The notes under the pieces are model-generated. The model ran no database searches, was not told the origin of the DNA, and saw only the letters and a list, made by a program, of their open reading frames with translations. From an uncultured Clostridiaceae bacterium (lineage in GTDB: Bacteria > Bacillota > Clostridia > TANB77 > CAG-465), in contig CANCXL010000003.1 in the NCBI GenBank assembly GCA_947381905.1, forward strand, positions 4,138 through 68,137: a stretch of DNA of 64,000 nt, written 5' to 3'. This document shows positions 29,795 to 38,101 of the stretch, piece after piece (position 1 is the first letter of the stretch; each line of letters starts with the position of its first letter). The position numbers and the translations under genes were made by a program.

Positions 29795-30259
29795 ATGGGA
29801 ACTTCAAGTTTATATTCATCATCAAGTCTTAATTCTTCTTTAAACTCACTAAATAAAACCGCTAGTGCGTTAGAAGGCTTAGGAATTTGGTCAATAATTG
29901 CTCTTGTTCTTGCATTATGTGGAGCATTAGTAATGTATTTTTGGTTCTTAAATAAAAAGAACGATGGAAAATTTAAAGGATTTGTAGCATGGCTTTACGA
30001 CATGTTCTCTTTCAAGAAAATGATTGTTGAAGCTTTATTAAAAATTACATATCTTTTTGTTACTCTATTCTTAACATTATTTGCTCTTGGATTATTATTT
30101 GTTAATCCATTAACAGCTATAATGATGTTAGTTGTAGGAAATCTAGGTGTTAGAATTGCTTACGAATTTTCTCTAATGATGGTTATGATTTGTAGAAATA
30201 CATCAGACATCAACAGCAAATTAAATAAAAAAGATGCTCAAGAGAAAACAGAAGAATAG
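29795..30259 (+). CDS. Small multi-TM membrane protein (DUF4282-like pattern)
   Basis: Contains FVAWLYDMFSFKKMIVEALLKITYLFV and has a strong SD sequence (AGGAGGGG). Confidence 0.45.
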   Translation: MGTSSLYSSSSLNSSLNSLNKTASALEGLGIWSIIALVLALCGALVMYFWFLNKKNDGKFKGFVAWLYDMFSFKKMIVEALLKITYLFVTLFLTLFALGLLFVNPLTAIMMLVVGNLGVRIAYEFSLMMVMICRNTSDINSKLNKKDAQEKTEE

Positions 30260-30276
30260 TTTATACTAAAAATTAG

Positions 30277-30311
30277 ATAGTGAAAAGTGTTAAAACTTTT
30301 CACTATTTTTT
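30277..30311 (+). terminator. Intrinsic terminator (first of a tandem pair)
   Basis: A 12-bp stem, ATAGTGAAAAGT/ACTTTTCACTAT, followed by T6. Confidence 0.8.
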
Positions 30312-30327
30312 GTTGATTTTAAGCCAT

Positions 30328-30364
30328 AGTAAACAAACTCAACGATTAGTTTGTTTACTTTTTT
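30328..30364 (+). terminator. Intrinsic terminator (second of a tandem pair)
   Basis: A 12-bp stem, AGTAAACAAACT/AGTTTGTTTACT, followed by T6. Confidence 0.75.
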
Positions 30365-30449
30365 AATTTAAATAATATAAAATTAAAATGTAAATATAAA
30401 TATTTATAATTTAAAATACAATAGATAAATTGTATAGAAGGGAATTGTT

Positions 30450-31130
30450 ATGGAAAAAAGTATTATTTTGAAAAATGGAATAAAAGAATTTAGCCTAAAA
30501 GATGAAAAAATAATAGCACTAGATAATGTAGATTTAGAAATAAAAACAGGAAAACTATATGTAATTATGGGACATTCTGGGTCTGGTAAAAGTACTCTTA
30601 TTCAAATTCTTGGTCTACTAGATGACTTAACAGATGGATTATTATATGTAAATGGACAAGAAGTATCAGATTATTCTGAAAATGATAAAGCGGATATTAG
30701 AAAAAATGAAATAGGATTTGTATTTCAATCTTTTTATTTAAATCCTAAACTTACAGCAATAGAAAATGTTATGCTACCAATGTATATAAATAATTCTATT
30801 GATAGCAAAGACAGGAGAAAGAATGCATTAAAGCTTTTGACTAGATTTGGCCTTGAAAATAGGATAAATCATTATCCGAAGGAATTATCTGGAGGAGAGC
30901 AACAAAGAATTGCAATAGCAAGAGCACTTGCAAATAATCCAAGTTTTATTCTTGCAGATGAACCAACAGGAAATCTTGATGTTAAAAATGAAGAAATTGT
31001 GTATAATACATTAAGAAATTTAGCAGATAGCGGAAAAGCGATTGTTGTTGTAAGTCACAATGAAAACATAAAAAAATATGCTGATGAAATTTTAATAATG
31101 GAATATGGAAAGTTGAGGAAAGAAATATGA
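30450..31130 (+). CDS. ABC transporter ATP-binding protein (MacB/LolD/FtsE-like)
   Basis: Contains GHSGSGKSTL, LSGGEQQRIAIARAL and ILADEPTGNLD. Confidence 0.9.
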   Translation: MEKSIILKNGIKEFSLKDEKIIALDNVDLEIKTGKLYVIMGHSGSGKSTLIQILGLLDDLTDGLLYVNGQEVSDYSENDKADIRKNEIGFVFQSFYLNPKLTAIENVMLPMYINNSIDSKDRRKNALKLLTRFGLENRINHYPKELSGGEQQRIAIARALANNPSFILADEPTGNLDVKNEEIVYNTLRNLADSGKAIVVVSHNENIKKYADEILIMEYGKLRKEI

Positions 31131-32377
31131 GATTGTTAGATTATATATTTTTAGCAAAGAAAAACTTATCAAGAAGAAAAAAATCAGTAATTGTAAACTC
31201 AATTTTAATATTTATTTCAACAGTAATATTTGTTTTAGGCTTAAGTTTTACTAAATGCTTTATGAATAGTATAAATAGAGCTATTTTAAAAAATCCATCA
31301 TATAGAACAATAGTGCTTACAGGAGTAAAAGAAGAGGAACAAGATAGTGTAATAAAAAAAATAGAGGAAGATAAAAATATTGCAAAAGTACTTAAAAATA
31401 AAGAGTATGTTACATCTGCAAATTTAAAAACTATTGATAATATTAATATAGGTGAATATGTTTCTTTAAATGGAGCAAATGAGAATATTACACCACAAGT
31501 TATTGCTGGAAGAAATATTAGAGATATTGATGTAAGTGTATGTATAATACCTAAAAAAGTATTTTTTTATTCTGGAAAAGAAGATTTTAATAAAGATGAC
31601 TATATAGATGGAGAGTCACTAATCGGTAAAAAAATATCATTAGAATATTATTCTAGAGATGATAGTAAAGGTTCTAGTGAAATTAATAAAACATTTCTAC
31701 TTGAACTTGAGATAATAGGAGTATATAATGCAGAAGAATATATAATGGATGGAAATGATTTATTTGTACCTTTTTCAATTATTAGTAAAATTGAAAATGA
31801 TCGAGAGGAAAATTGGATAAAGGATCCTAATACGATTTATGCTGGCTCTAATATGATTTATGCTATTGTTAATAATGCATTAAATTTAGACGAATCGTTT
31901 GAAAAAATATCGTCTCTTGGATATAGAAGTATAATAAGAAGTACAACTAACACTGCAATTATAATAGTAATTAATACTGTTGTGGGAATAATTGTTGGAG
32001 TTTTCTTACTTATAGTATTAATAAATATTACATCTTCTACTCTAAAATCAATTGATGAGAGAAAATATGAAATTGGTATGCTAAAGGCAATAGGATATAA
32101 AAATAGAAATATACAAAAATTATTTCTAATTGAAAATGTTATAATAGGAGCTAGAGCATATTTAATTGGACTAATTATTGCAATTATTAGTATGTATATT
32201 ATGCAAATTAATATATTTGAGAAAAATTACGACTTTTATCTTTTGAATATAAGAATAGATTTAGCAATATGTATTATGGCAGGTGCAACTATGATAATAG
32301 TGCCAATACTTGCAACATTATTTAGTAGTAAAACTATTTACAAAAAAACAGCAATATCATTGAGCAAAGAAAGATAG
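31127..32377 (+). CDS. ABC transporter permease, FtsX/MacB-type
   Basis: An N-terminal TM helix, a large extracytoplasmic domain and a C-terminal FtsX-like 3-TM region (EIGMLKAIGYKNRNI). It overlaps the ATPase gene by 4 nt. Confidence 0.8.
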   Translation: MRLLDYIFLAKKNLSRRKKSVIVNSILIFISTVIFVLGLSFTKCFMNSINRAILKNPSYRTIVLTGVKEEEQDSVIKKIEEDKNIAKVLKNKEYVTSANLKTIDNINIGEYVSLNGANENITPQVIAGRNIRDIDVSVCIIPKKVFFYSGKEDFNKDDYIDGESLIGKKISLEYYSRDDSKGSSEINKTFLLELEIIGVYNAEEYIMDGNDLFVPFSIISKIENDREENWIKDPNTIYAGSNMIYAIVNNALNLDESFEKISSLGYRSIIRSTTNTAIIIVINTVVGIIVGVFLLIVLINITSSTLKSIDERKYEIGMLKAIGYKNRNIQKLFLIENVIIGARAYLIGLIIAIISMYIMQINIFEKNYDFYLLNIRIDLAICIMAGATMIIVPILATLFSSKTIYKKTAISLSKER

Positions 32378-32385
32378 GTGATATT

Positions 32386-33516
32386 ATGGATTTTACTAAA
32401 ATTGCTTTTAAAGGGTTCTTTAAAAATAAAAGATTAAAACTTTATATTATTTCTATAGCACTTACTTTTGGAATGATTATTTCTGTTATATATAGTATGT
32501 ATTTGTTAAATAATGTATTAGATGAGAAAATAAATAATAATATAGTAAATAGAGTAATAGCAATTGGTAGAAATGATGGATTTTCAAATATAGATTTAAA
32601 GAATATAATGACGCTAGATAATGTTAAAGTTGCATATAATAGACTAAGTAACGTGCAAGTTAAATTAGATAATGACAATAATATATTACTTTCATATGTA
32701 ACTATAGATGAAATACCTAAAGTAACTTATGGTACAACATTTGAAATGATAGATGAATTGCAAATTATTTTACCTTCTAAAACATATGACAATAAAGGAA
32801 AGCTTAAGGATAATAAAAATTATGTAGGAAAAAGTATAAGCATTATATATGAAGATTTAAATTTGGAAGCAAAGGTTATAGGAATATATGAGTCTAAATA
32901 TGGTGGAGGATCTGCATATATAAATGAGTATTTTAAGAATGAATTAATAAATTATAACGAAAAAATCATGTATAATGGTTCATCATATGTGGTTATAGAT
33001 GAATATAAAAATGTGGATAATGTTATTAAAACTATTGAAGAAAAGTATAATTGCAGTGCATATATTCCAGATACAAGTGGAAAAAGAGATGTACAATTAT
33101 ATAAAATAGCAACTATTATTGAGGTATCAATACTTATTTTGACTGTTATATTTATTTATATAGTAATTAGTATAATTGTAGGAAATATAATATCAGATGA
33201 AAAAACAGATATTGCAATATTAAAGGCAATAGGATATAAAGTAAAAGATATATATACAATAATTAAATACAGAATACTTTCAATAATGGCAATATCATTT
33301 ATAATTTCTTGTATAATTGCAATGATTTTAAATAGATTAATAGCATTTATTATAGATTATAAATTAGATATAAAATTGCAATCAAAATTTAGTGTATTTA
33401 TAGTAACATTAGTATTCTTTATTATATGTGTATATATAATATCAATAGTTTCTATAAAACTTAATAATAGAAAAATAAAAAAGATAAATGCTATTGAGCT
33501 ATTAAAAGAAAGTTAA
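32386..33516 (+). CDS. ABC transporter permease, FtsX/MacB-type (second subunit)
   Basis: Same architecture as the preceding permease, with DIAILKAIGYKVKDI. Confidence 0.8.
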   Translation: MDFTKIAFKGFFKNKRLKLYIISIALTFGMIISVIYSMYLLNNVLDEKINNNIVNRVIAIGRNDGFSNIDLKNIMTLDNVKVAYNRLSNVQVKLDNDNNILLSYVTIDEIPKVTYGTTFEMIDELQIILPSKTYDNKGKLKDNKNYVGKSISIIYEDLNLEAKVIGIYESKYGGGSAYINEYFKNELINYNEKIMYNGSSYVVIDEYKNVDNVIKTIEEKYNCSAYIPDTSGKRDVQLYKIATIIEVSILILTVIFIYIVISIIVGNIISDEKTDIAILKAIGYKVKDIYTIIKYRILSIMAISFIISCIIAMILNRLIAFIIDYKLDIKLQSKFSVFIVTLVFFIICVYIISIVSIKLNNRKIKKINAIELLKES

Positions 33517-33560
33517 ATAAAAAGTAGTTGAATTTAAAAAATAAATTCAACTACTTTTAT

Positions 33561-33986
33561 CTATATTTTGGAATTATTAATAAGGTCCTTAATAGAATTG
33601 AATATTTCATTATAATTTTTATCAATAATGTTATATGCATCACCATTTATTGTTATAAGAGCAGGGCTATAACTTACAGAGACCATGTGATTATTTTGAT
33701 CGCTTAATATAAAATAATATGGAGCTCCTATATAAGAATTAAGATCTCTTTTAACTTTAGTATCACATAATATTTTAAAAATCTTAATTGAAGTTTCACT
33801 ATCTAATCTTGTGAGTTCTTCAGTTTGAATATTTTCTATAGATACAGTTATATTATCAATATTTTTATATAACTTATTTATTTCTATAACATATTTTAAA
33901 TCAAATCCTAAGAAAAATCTCCATAAAATTATAATTGCAATAATAGGTATTATTATAATGCTTAATATACACATTTTCTTTTTCAT
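33561..33986 (-). CDS. Small signal-anchored hypothetical protein
   Basis: ATG 33986 follows GAGGTG. The N-terminus MKKKMCILSIIIIPIIAIIILW is an anchor. Confidence 0.5.
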   Translation of the reverse strand: MKKKMCILSIIIIPIIAIIILWRFFLGFDLKYVIEINKLYKNIDNITVSIENIQTEELTRLDSETSIKIFKILCDTKVKRDLNSYIGAPYYFILSDQNNHMVSVSYSPALITINGDAYNIIDKNYNEIFNSIKDLINNSKI

Positions 33987-34120
33987 ATAATGCACCTCAT
34001 AAGTATAATTATATTATATTTATAAATTATAATCAATTTTCTATTTAGTATCTATATATTTTATACTTTTTAATTTATATTAGATATAAATTCATACATT
34101 AACTAATACAATGTAATGAG

Positions 34121-35338
34121 GTGAATTACGTGAAAAAAATGTCAAAGATTATCTTTTTACTTGTAGTTATAAGTTTAATTAATTCTAACTTTGTTATAGG
34201 GGCGAATTTTCTATATGATGTAAAAAATAAAAAAATGGAAAGTAGTATTGCAACGGTTGCAGGTCCTTCATTTACATTTGAGTCTCATGCACAAGTGTTA
34301 ATGGAACCTACTACTGGACAAATACTTTATGCAAATAATGAAGAGGAAAAAATGTTGCCAGCATCAGTAACCAAAATTATGACATTGCTTTTAATCATGG
34401 AACAGATAGATAATGGAATATTAGACTATACGGATACAGTCACATGTAGTAAAAAAGCATCAGAAATGGGAGGCTCGCAGATTTGGTTTGAAGAGGGAGA
34501 ACAGCTTACAATAGATGATGCACTAAAAGCAATTTGTGTAGTTTCTGCAAATGATGTAACAGTAGCTATGGCAGAGTTAATTGGCGGAAATGAAGAAAAT
34601 TTTGTTATTATAATGAATTCTAAAGCAAGAGAGCTTGGCATGACTAACACTCATTATATGAATTCACATGGAATAGATGAGGAAGGACATTATACATGTG
34701 CAAAAGATTTAGCAATACTTGCTCGTGAACTTATCACAAAGCATCCTAACATCTTAAAGTATACATCTATTTATATGGATAGTTTAAGAGATGGAAAGTC
34801 AGAACTTGTTAATACAAACAAATTGGTTAGATTTTATGATGGAGCAACTGGTCTTAAAACAGGATATACATCAAATGCAAAATATAATTTGGTGGCAACA
34901 GCTACTAGAGGAAATACAACGTTTATATCAGTTGTGTTAAAAGCTCCGTCTACAGATGTAAGGATGGCAGAAACTAAAACATTATTAGATTATGGATTTG
35001 CAAGTTATGAAACAAAGAAAATATGCTCATCTAATACGATTTTAGATGAAAAAGAATTAAACAAAAACATAAATGAAAAATTAAATACAAGGCTAGCAGA
35101 AGATATATATGCTTTGGTTGATAAAGGAAAAAATATAGATACAGAACAAAACATAGTGTATAGAGATGACTTAAATGCTCCGATAAATAAAGACGAAGTA
35201 ATAGGCTATGTTGAGATAAAGAGTAAAGAGACAGGTGACATTATTGGTAAGACAAATATTGTTGCAGATAATGAAATATTAAAGTCTTCATTTAGTGATT
35301 ATTTAAAATACATTTTTAAAAAGTTTCTTCTAATATAG
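34121..35338 (+). CDS. D-alanyl-D-alanine carboxypeptidase (PBP5/DacF-like, peptidase S11)
   Basis: Has SVTKIMT (SxxK), SANDV (SxN) and KTGYT (KTG) plus a C-terminal PBP5_C-like region. The start could be 34130 or 34139. Confidence 0.85.
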   Translation: MNYVKKMSKIIFLLVVISLINSNFVIGANFLYDVKNKKMESSIATVAGPSFTFESHAQVLMEPTTGQILYANNEEEKMLPASVTKIMTLLLIMEQIDNGILDYTDTVTCSKKASEMGGSQIWFEEGEQLTIDDALKAICVVSANDVTVAMAELIGGNEENFVIIMNSKARELGMTNTHYMNSHGIDEEGHYTCAKDLAILARELITKHPNILKYTSIYMDSLRDGKSELVNTNKLVRFYDGATGLKTGYTSNAKYNLVATATRGNTTFISVVLKAPSTDVRMAETKTLLDYGFASYETKKICSSNTILDEKELNKNINEKLNTRLAEDIYALVDKGKNIDTEQNIVYRDDLNAPINKDEVIGYVEIKSKETGDIIGKTNIVADNEILKSSFSDYLKYIFKKFLLI

Positions 35339-35351
35339 AGGAAACTTTTTT
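35319..35351 (+). terminator. Intrinsic terminator overlapping the carboxypeptidase stop codon
   Basis: Stem AAAAGTTTCTTC / GAGGAAACTTTT (one mismatch) followed by a T-run. Confidence 0.6.
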
Positions 35352-35360
35352 CATTGCTAT

Positions 35361-35367
35361 TTCGACA
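35361..35367 (-). promoter_or_regulatory. Perfect Spo0A-box heptamer (TGTCGAA on the minus strand) upstream of the filament operon promoter
   Basis: TTCGACA lies at 35361-35367, 55 nt upstream of the -35 hexamer. The heptamer is short and a chance occurrence is plausible. Confidence 0.25.
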
Positions 35368-35421
35368 CTATTACATTTTTATTTCAATTCAAAATGTGCT
35401 CTTTTTTTTAATTTTTCGCGG

Positions 35422-35450
35422 TTGCATTTTTTTGCATTTAGATATATACT
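35422..35450 (+). promoter_or_regulatory. sigmaA-type promoter of the 35.5-52 kb operon (TTGCAT-17 nt-TATACT)
   Basis: Hexamers at 35422-35427 and 35445-35450, about 60 nt upstream of ATG 35511. Confidence 0.5.
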
Positions 35451-35510
35451 TTAAAGAGAAAACTAACCAATAAAATAGGTGTTTTTATGGTTTATGGAGG
35501 TTGATAACAA

Positions 35511-36542
35511 ATGATAGGAATGAGTCAAATTAAAAAGAAGACAATACAAGGTATAGTTATTGGTGCAAGTGTTGGTATTGCAGTAGCTATAGGTGTAAGC
35601 GTATTTGCTTTCTTTACAATAAAATCATATAAGGACGGAACAAATAAAAATTATATTAAGAACTATACTACACCTGTAACTGTTCTTAAAAGAGCTATAG
35701 TTCAAGGAGAAGTAATTACTTCAGATATGATTGAGACAACTAATGTAAATAATGCTACAGTACCTACAGGAGTAGTAAATGCTGGTGCAGTAGTTGGATT
35801 AACTGCTAAATATAATATTGCGGCTAAGGTGCCTATTACAAGTGATATGGTAAGTCAAGAGGTAGTAGCTGCTGATGTAAGAGATGTAGAAATAAATACA
35901 GTTCTTATGCCAAGTGACCTAGTAGAGGGAGATACTATAGATATTAGAATAATGTTCCCAAATGCGACAGACTATATTGTTCTTGCACAAAAAACAGTAG
36001 ATAAAATAAATAACACAACATTTTGGTGTAAATTATCTGAAGATGAAATACAGCTACTAAATAGTGCTGTTGTAGATTCATTTGTAAATAGTGGATCTAA
36101 ATTATATGCATTAAGATATACAGATAGTGATGCGCAAGTAAAATCATCAGATGATATTGTAAGTGAAACAAAAGGATATATTGAAACTCTAATTGAAAAA
36201 GATTGGGATAATATGGTAGAAATGGATTCTACAGAAGCTGCTGCTAAAATATATGATTTTATAGTTAAATATAAAAACTTTGCAAATGCATCAACAAAAA
36301 CAACACAAAACTATCAACCAAATACTTTTGTAATTGATGCAATGAAATCTAACAAATACTTGTTAACTAACGCAACACAAGAGCTTGCAAGACTTAATGC
36401 AGAATCAAGATCTACAATAGAAAATGGAATAAAAAATTATAGATCTCAAAATAGCAATAGTTATGAAAATATTGTTACAGGAGCACAACAATCTATTATT
36501 ACTCAACAAGTAGAAAGAGAAAATTTATTAGAAGGAAAATAA
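35511..36542 (+). CDS. CpaB/RcpC-like pilus assembly protein (N-terminal TM helix plus SAF-type domain)
   Basis: A TM helix (IVIGASVGIAVAIGVSVFAFF) is followed by VTVLKRAIVQGEVITSDMIE...VVGLTAKYNIAAKVPITSDMV, the pattern of SAF/CpaB beta-clip domains. It is the first gene of the operon. Confidence 0.6.
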   Translation: MIGMSQIKKKTIQGIVIGASVGIAVAIGVSVFAFFTIKSYKDGTNKNYIKNYTTPVTVLKRAIVQGEVITSDMIETTNVNNATVPTGVVNAGAVVGLTAKYNIAAKVPITSDMVSQEVVAADVRDVEINTVLMPSDLVEGDTIDIRIMFPNATDYIVLAQKTVDKINNTTFWCKLSEDEIQLLNSAVVDSFVNSGSKLYALRYTDSDAQVKSSDDIVSETKGYIETLIEKDWDNMVEMDSTEAAAKIYDFIVKYKNFANASTKTTQNYQPNTFVIDAMKSNKYLLTNATQELARLNAESRSTIENGIKNYRSQNSNSYENIVTGAQQSIITQQVERENLLEGK

Positions 36543-36568
36543 TAATTGAGTAATAGGAGGAATGTTAA

Positions 36569-37276
36569 ATGCAAGTAATAGGAATGTATGGATATGTAGA
36601 TAAATATGATTTTGTTATTGCAACTGCAAGAACACTAAATATAATGAGCAAATCGGTTCTTGTAATAGATGCAACATCAGATCAAAAATATAGATATATT
36701 ATTCCATCAATAGATAAGAGTGAAAAGTATGTAAATCAATATGGCGAAATAGATTTTGCTATTGGCTTTGAATCATATACTTCACTAGACGAATATTTAA
36801 AAGAAAAAAATATAGATATAAATTTATATAGTTATGTCTTAATAGATATAGAAAATGCGGATATGTATAGAAAATTTAAAGATGCACCAGTAAGTAAAGC
36901 ATATATGTATATAGATACAAATGTCTTATCTGTTGCTAAAAATGAAGAATTAGTTCGTGCAATGAGAGATGATAATCCTGAAAAAGAATTAGTTTTTTCT
37001 AAAATATTATATAGAGCATATTTATCTCGTGCTGCGACAACATATCTTGAAGATAAAATTGCAAATTATGCTGTAAAATGGACAGACGAAGTATATGATA
37101 TAAGTACAGACGAGCAAGACATGATGGTAAATATTGATTCTCAATTTAGTGGACTTATAGATATTAGAAAACACACTAAAACATACATAATGTATATGTG
37201 TGAATACATATCTAAACTTTTAGGAGATGAAGATCCTAAAACTATATTAAAAGAGATTAAAAGGAGGAAGAATTAA
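36569..37276 (+). CDS. ParA/MinD-fold-like protein lacking a Walker A box (candidate degenerate TadZ/CpaE paralogue)
   Basis: The beta1-loop-helix-beta2 layout is VIGMYGYVDKYDFVIATARTLNIMSKSVLVIDAT, with GYVDKYD where GxxGxGK[ST] is expected. A Walker-B-like YVLIDIEN is present. Confidence 0.4.
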   Translation: MQVIGMYGYVDKYDFVIATARTLNIMSKSVLVIDATSDQKYRYIIPSIDKSEKYVNQYGEIDFAIGFESYTSLDEYLKEKNIDINLYSYVLIDIENADMYRKFKDAPVSKAYMYIDTNVLSVAKNEELVRAMRDDNPEKELVFSKILYRAYLSRAATTYLEDKIANYAVKWTDEVYDISTDEQDMMVNIDSQFSGLIDIRKHTKTYIMYMCEYISKLLGDEDPKTILKEIKRRKN

Positions 37277-38088
37277 TGGCAAAAATTGTATTTTGGAGTC
37301 CTGAAGAAGGTGTATCTGGATGTACACATACTGCTATTGCTGTAAGTTCTCTTATGGGAATAACTCATAAAACATCTTCGCTTTTAATTGATGCAAATTC
37401 TAATGCAAGAAAAATAGCATCTTCTTTTACATATTATGATGATTTAGTAAATGCAAATAGTTTTAATGATAGTAATATGGGAATGAATGCAATAATGCGT
37501 CTTATAAAAAGTAATAAGCTTTCACCAGATATTATTCAAAACTATTCTAAACCAGTTTTAAAAGGAAGATTAGATATTTTATATAGTGCAATTGCAAATA
37601 CAACTACTGAAGCAAGGGAAAATTTACTAAGTATGCCTTTAATTGCAAAAAATGCAGATGAGCTATATGATTTAGTTTTTATAGATTTACCTAAAACAAC
37701 AAGTGATGATATAGCTTTAAAGGTTATGGAACAGGCAGACGTAATAATTTGTGTAATTCCACAAGAAATAGAAAAGTTAACAAAGACTTTAAAGAAAATT
37801 AATTCAATAGATGAATTAAAGAATAAAACAAAAATATATGTTTTAGGAGATTATGAATCAGGTTCTAAGTATAATATCTTTAATGTAAAACTTAAATTTA
37901 AAATACCAGAACCATGTTACGTACTTCCACATAACTATGTTTTTGCAGATGCTTGTAATGATGGAAATGTACTAGATTTTCTATACAAGAATATAAATGC
38001 TCCGGCAAAGGACTATAATGGAGACTTTATGCTAAGAGCGACAGAGATTGTTGAGGAGCTTGTAAAAACACTAAAAATAAAAGAGTAA
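37276..38088 (+). CDS. TadZ/CpaE-like ParA/MinD-fold protein with a deviant Walker A lacking lysine
   Basis: Contains KIVFWSPEEGVSGCTHTAIAVSSLMGITHKTSSLLIDAN and a Walker-B-like DLVFIDLP. Its start overlaps the previous stop (TAATG). Confidence 0.5.
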   Translation: MAKIVFWSPEEGVSGCTHTAIAVSSLMGITHKTSSLLIDANSNARKIASSFTYYDDLVNANSFNDSNMGMNAIMRLIKSNKLSPDIIQNYSKPVLKGRLDILYSAIANTTTEARENLLSMPLIAKNADELYDLVFIDLPKTTSDDIALKVMEQADVIICVIPQEIEKLTKTLKKINSIDELKNKTKIYVLGDYESGSKYNIFNVKLKFKIPEPCYVLPHNYVFADACNDGNVLDFLYKNINAPAKDYNGDFMLRATEIVEELVKTLKIKE

Positions 38089-38101
38089 GAGGGGTGATAT
38101 A

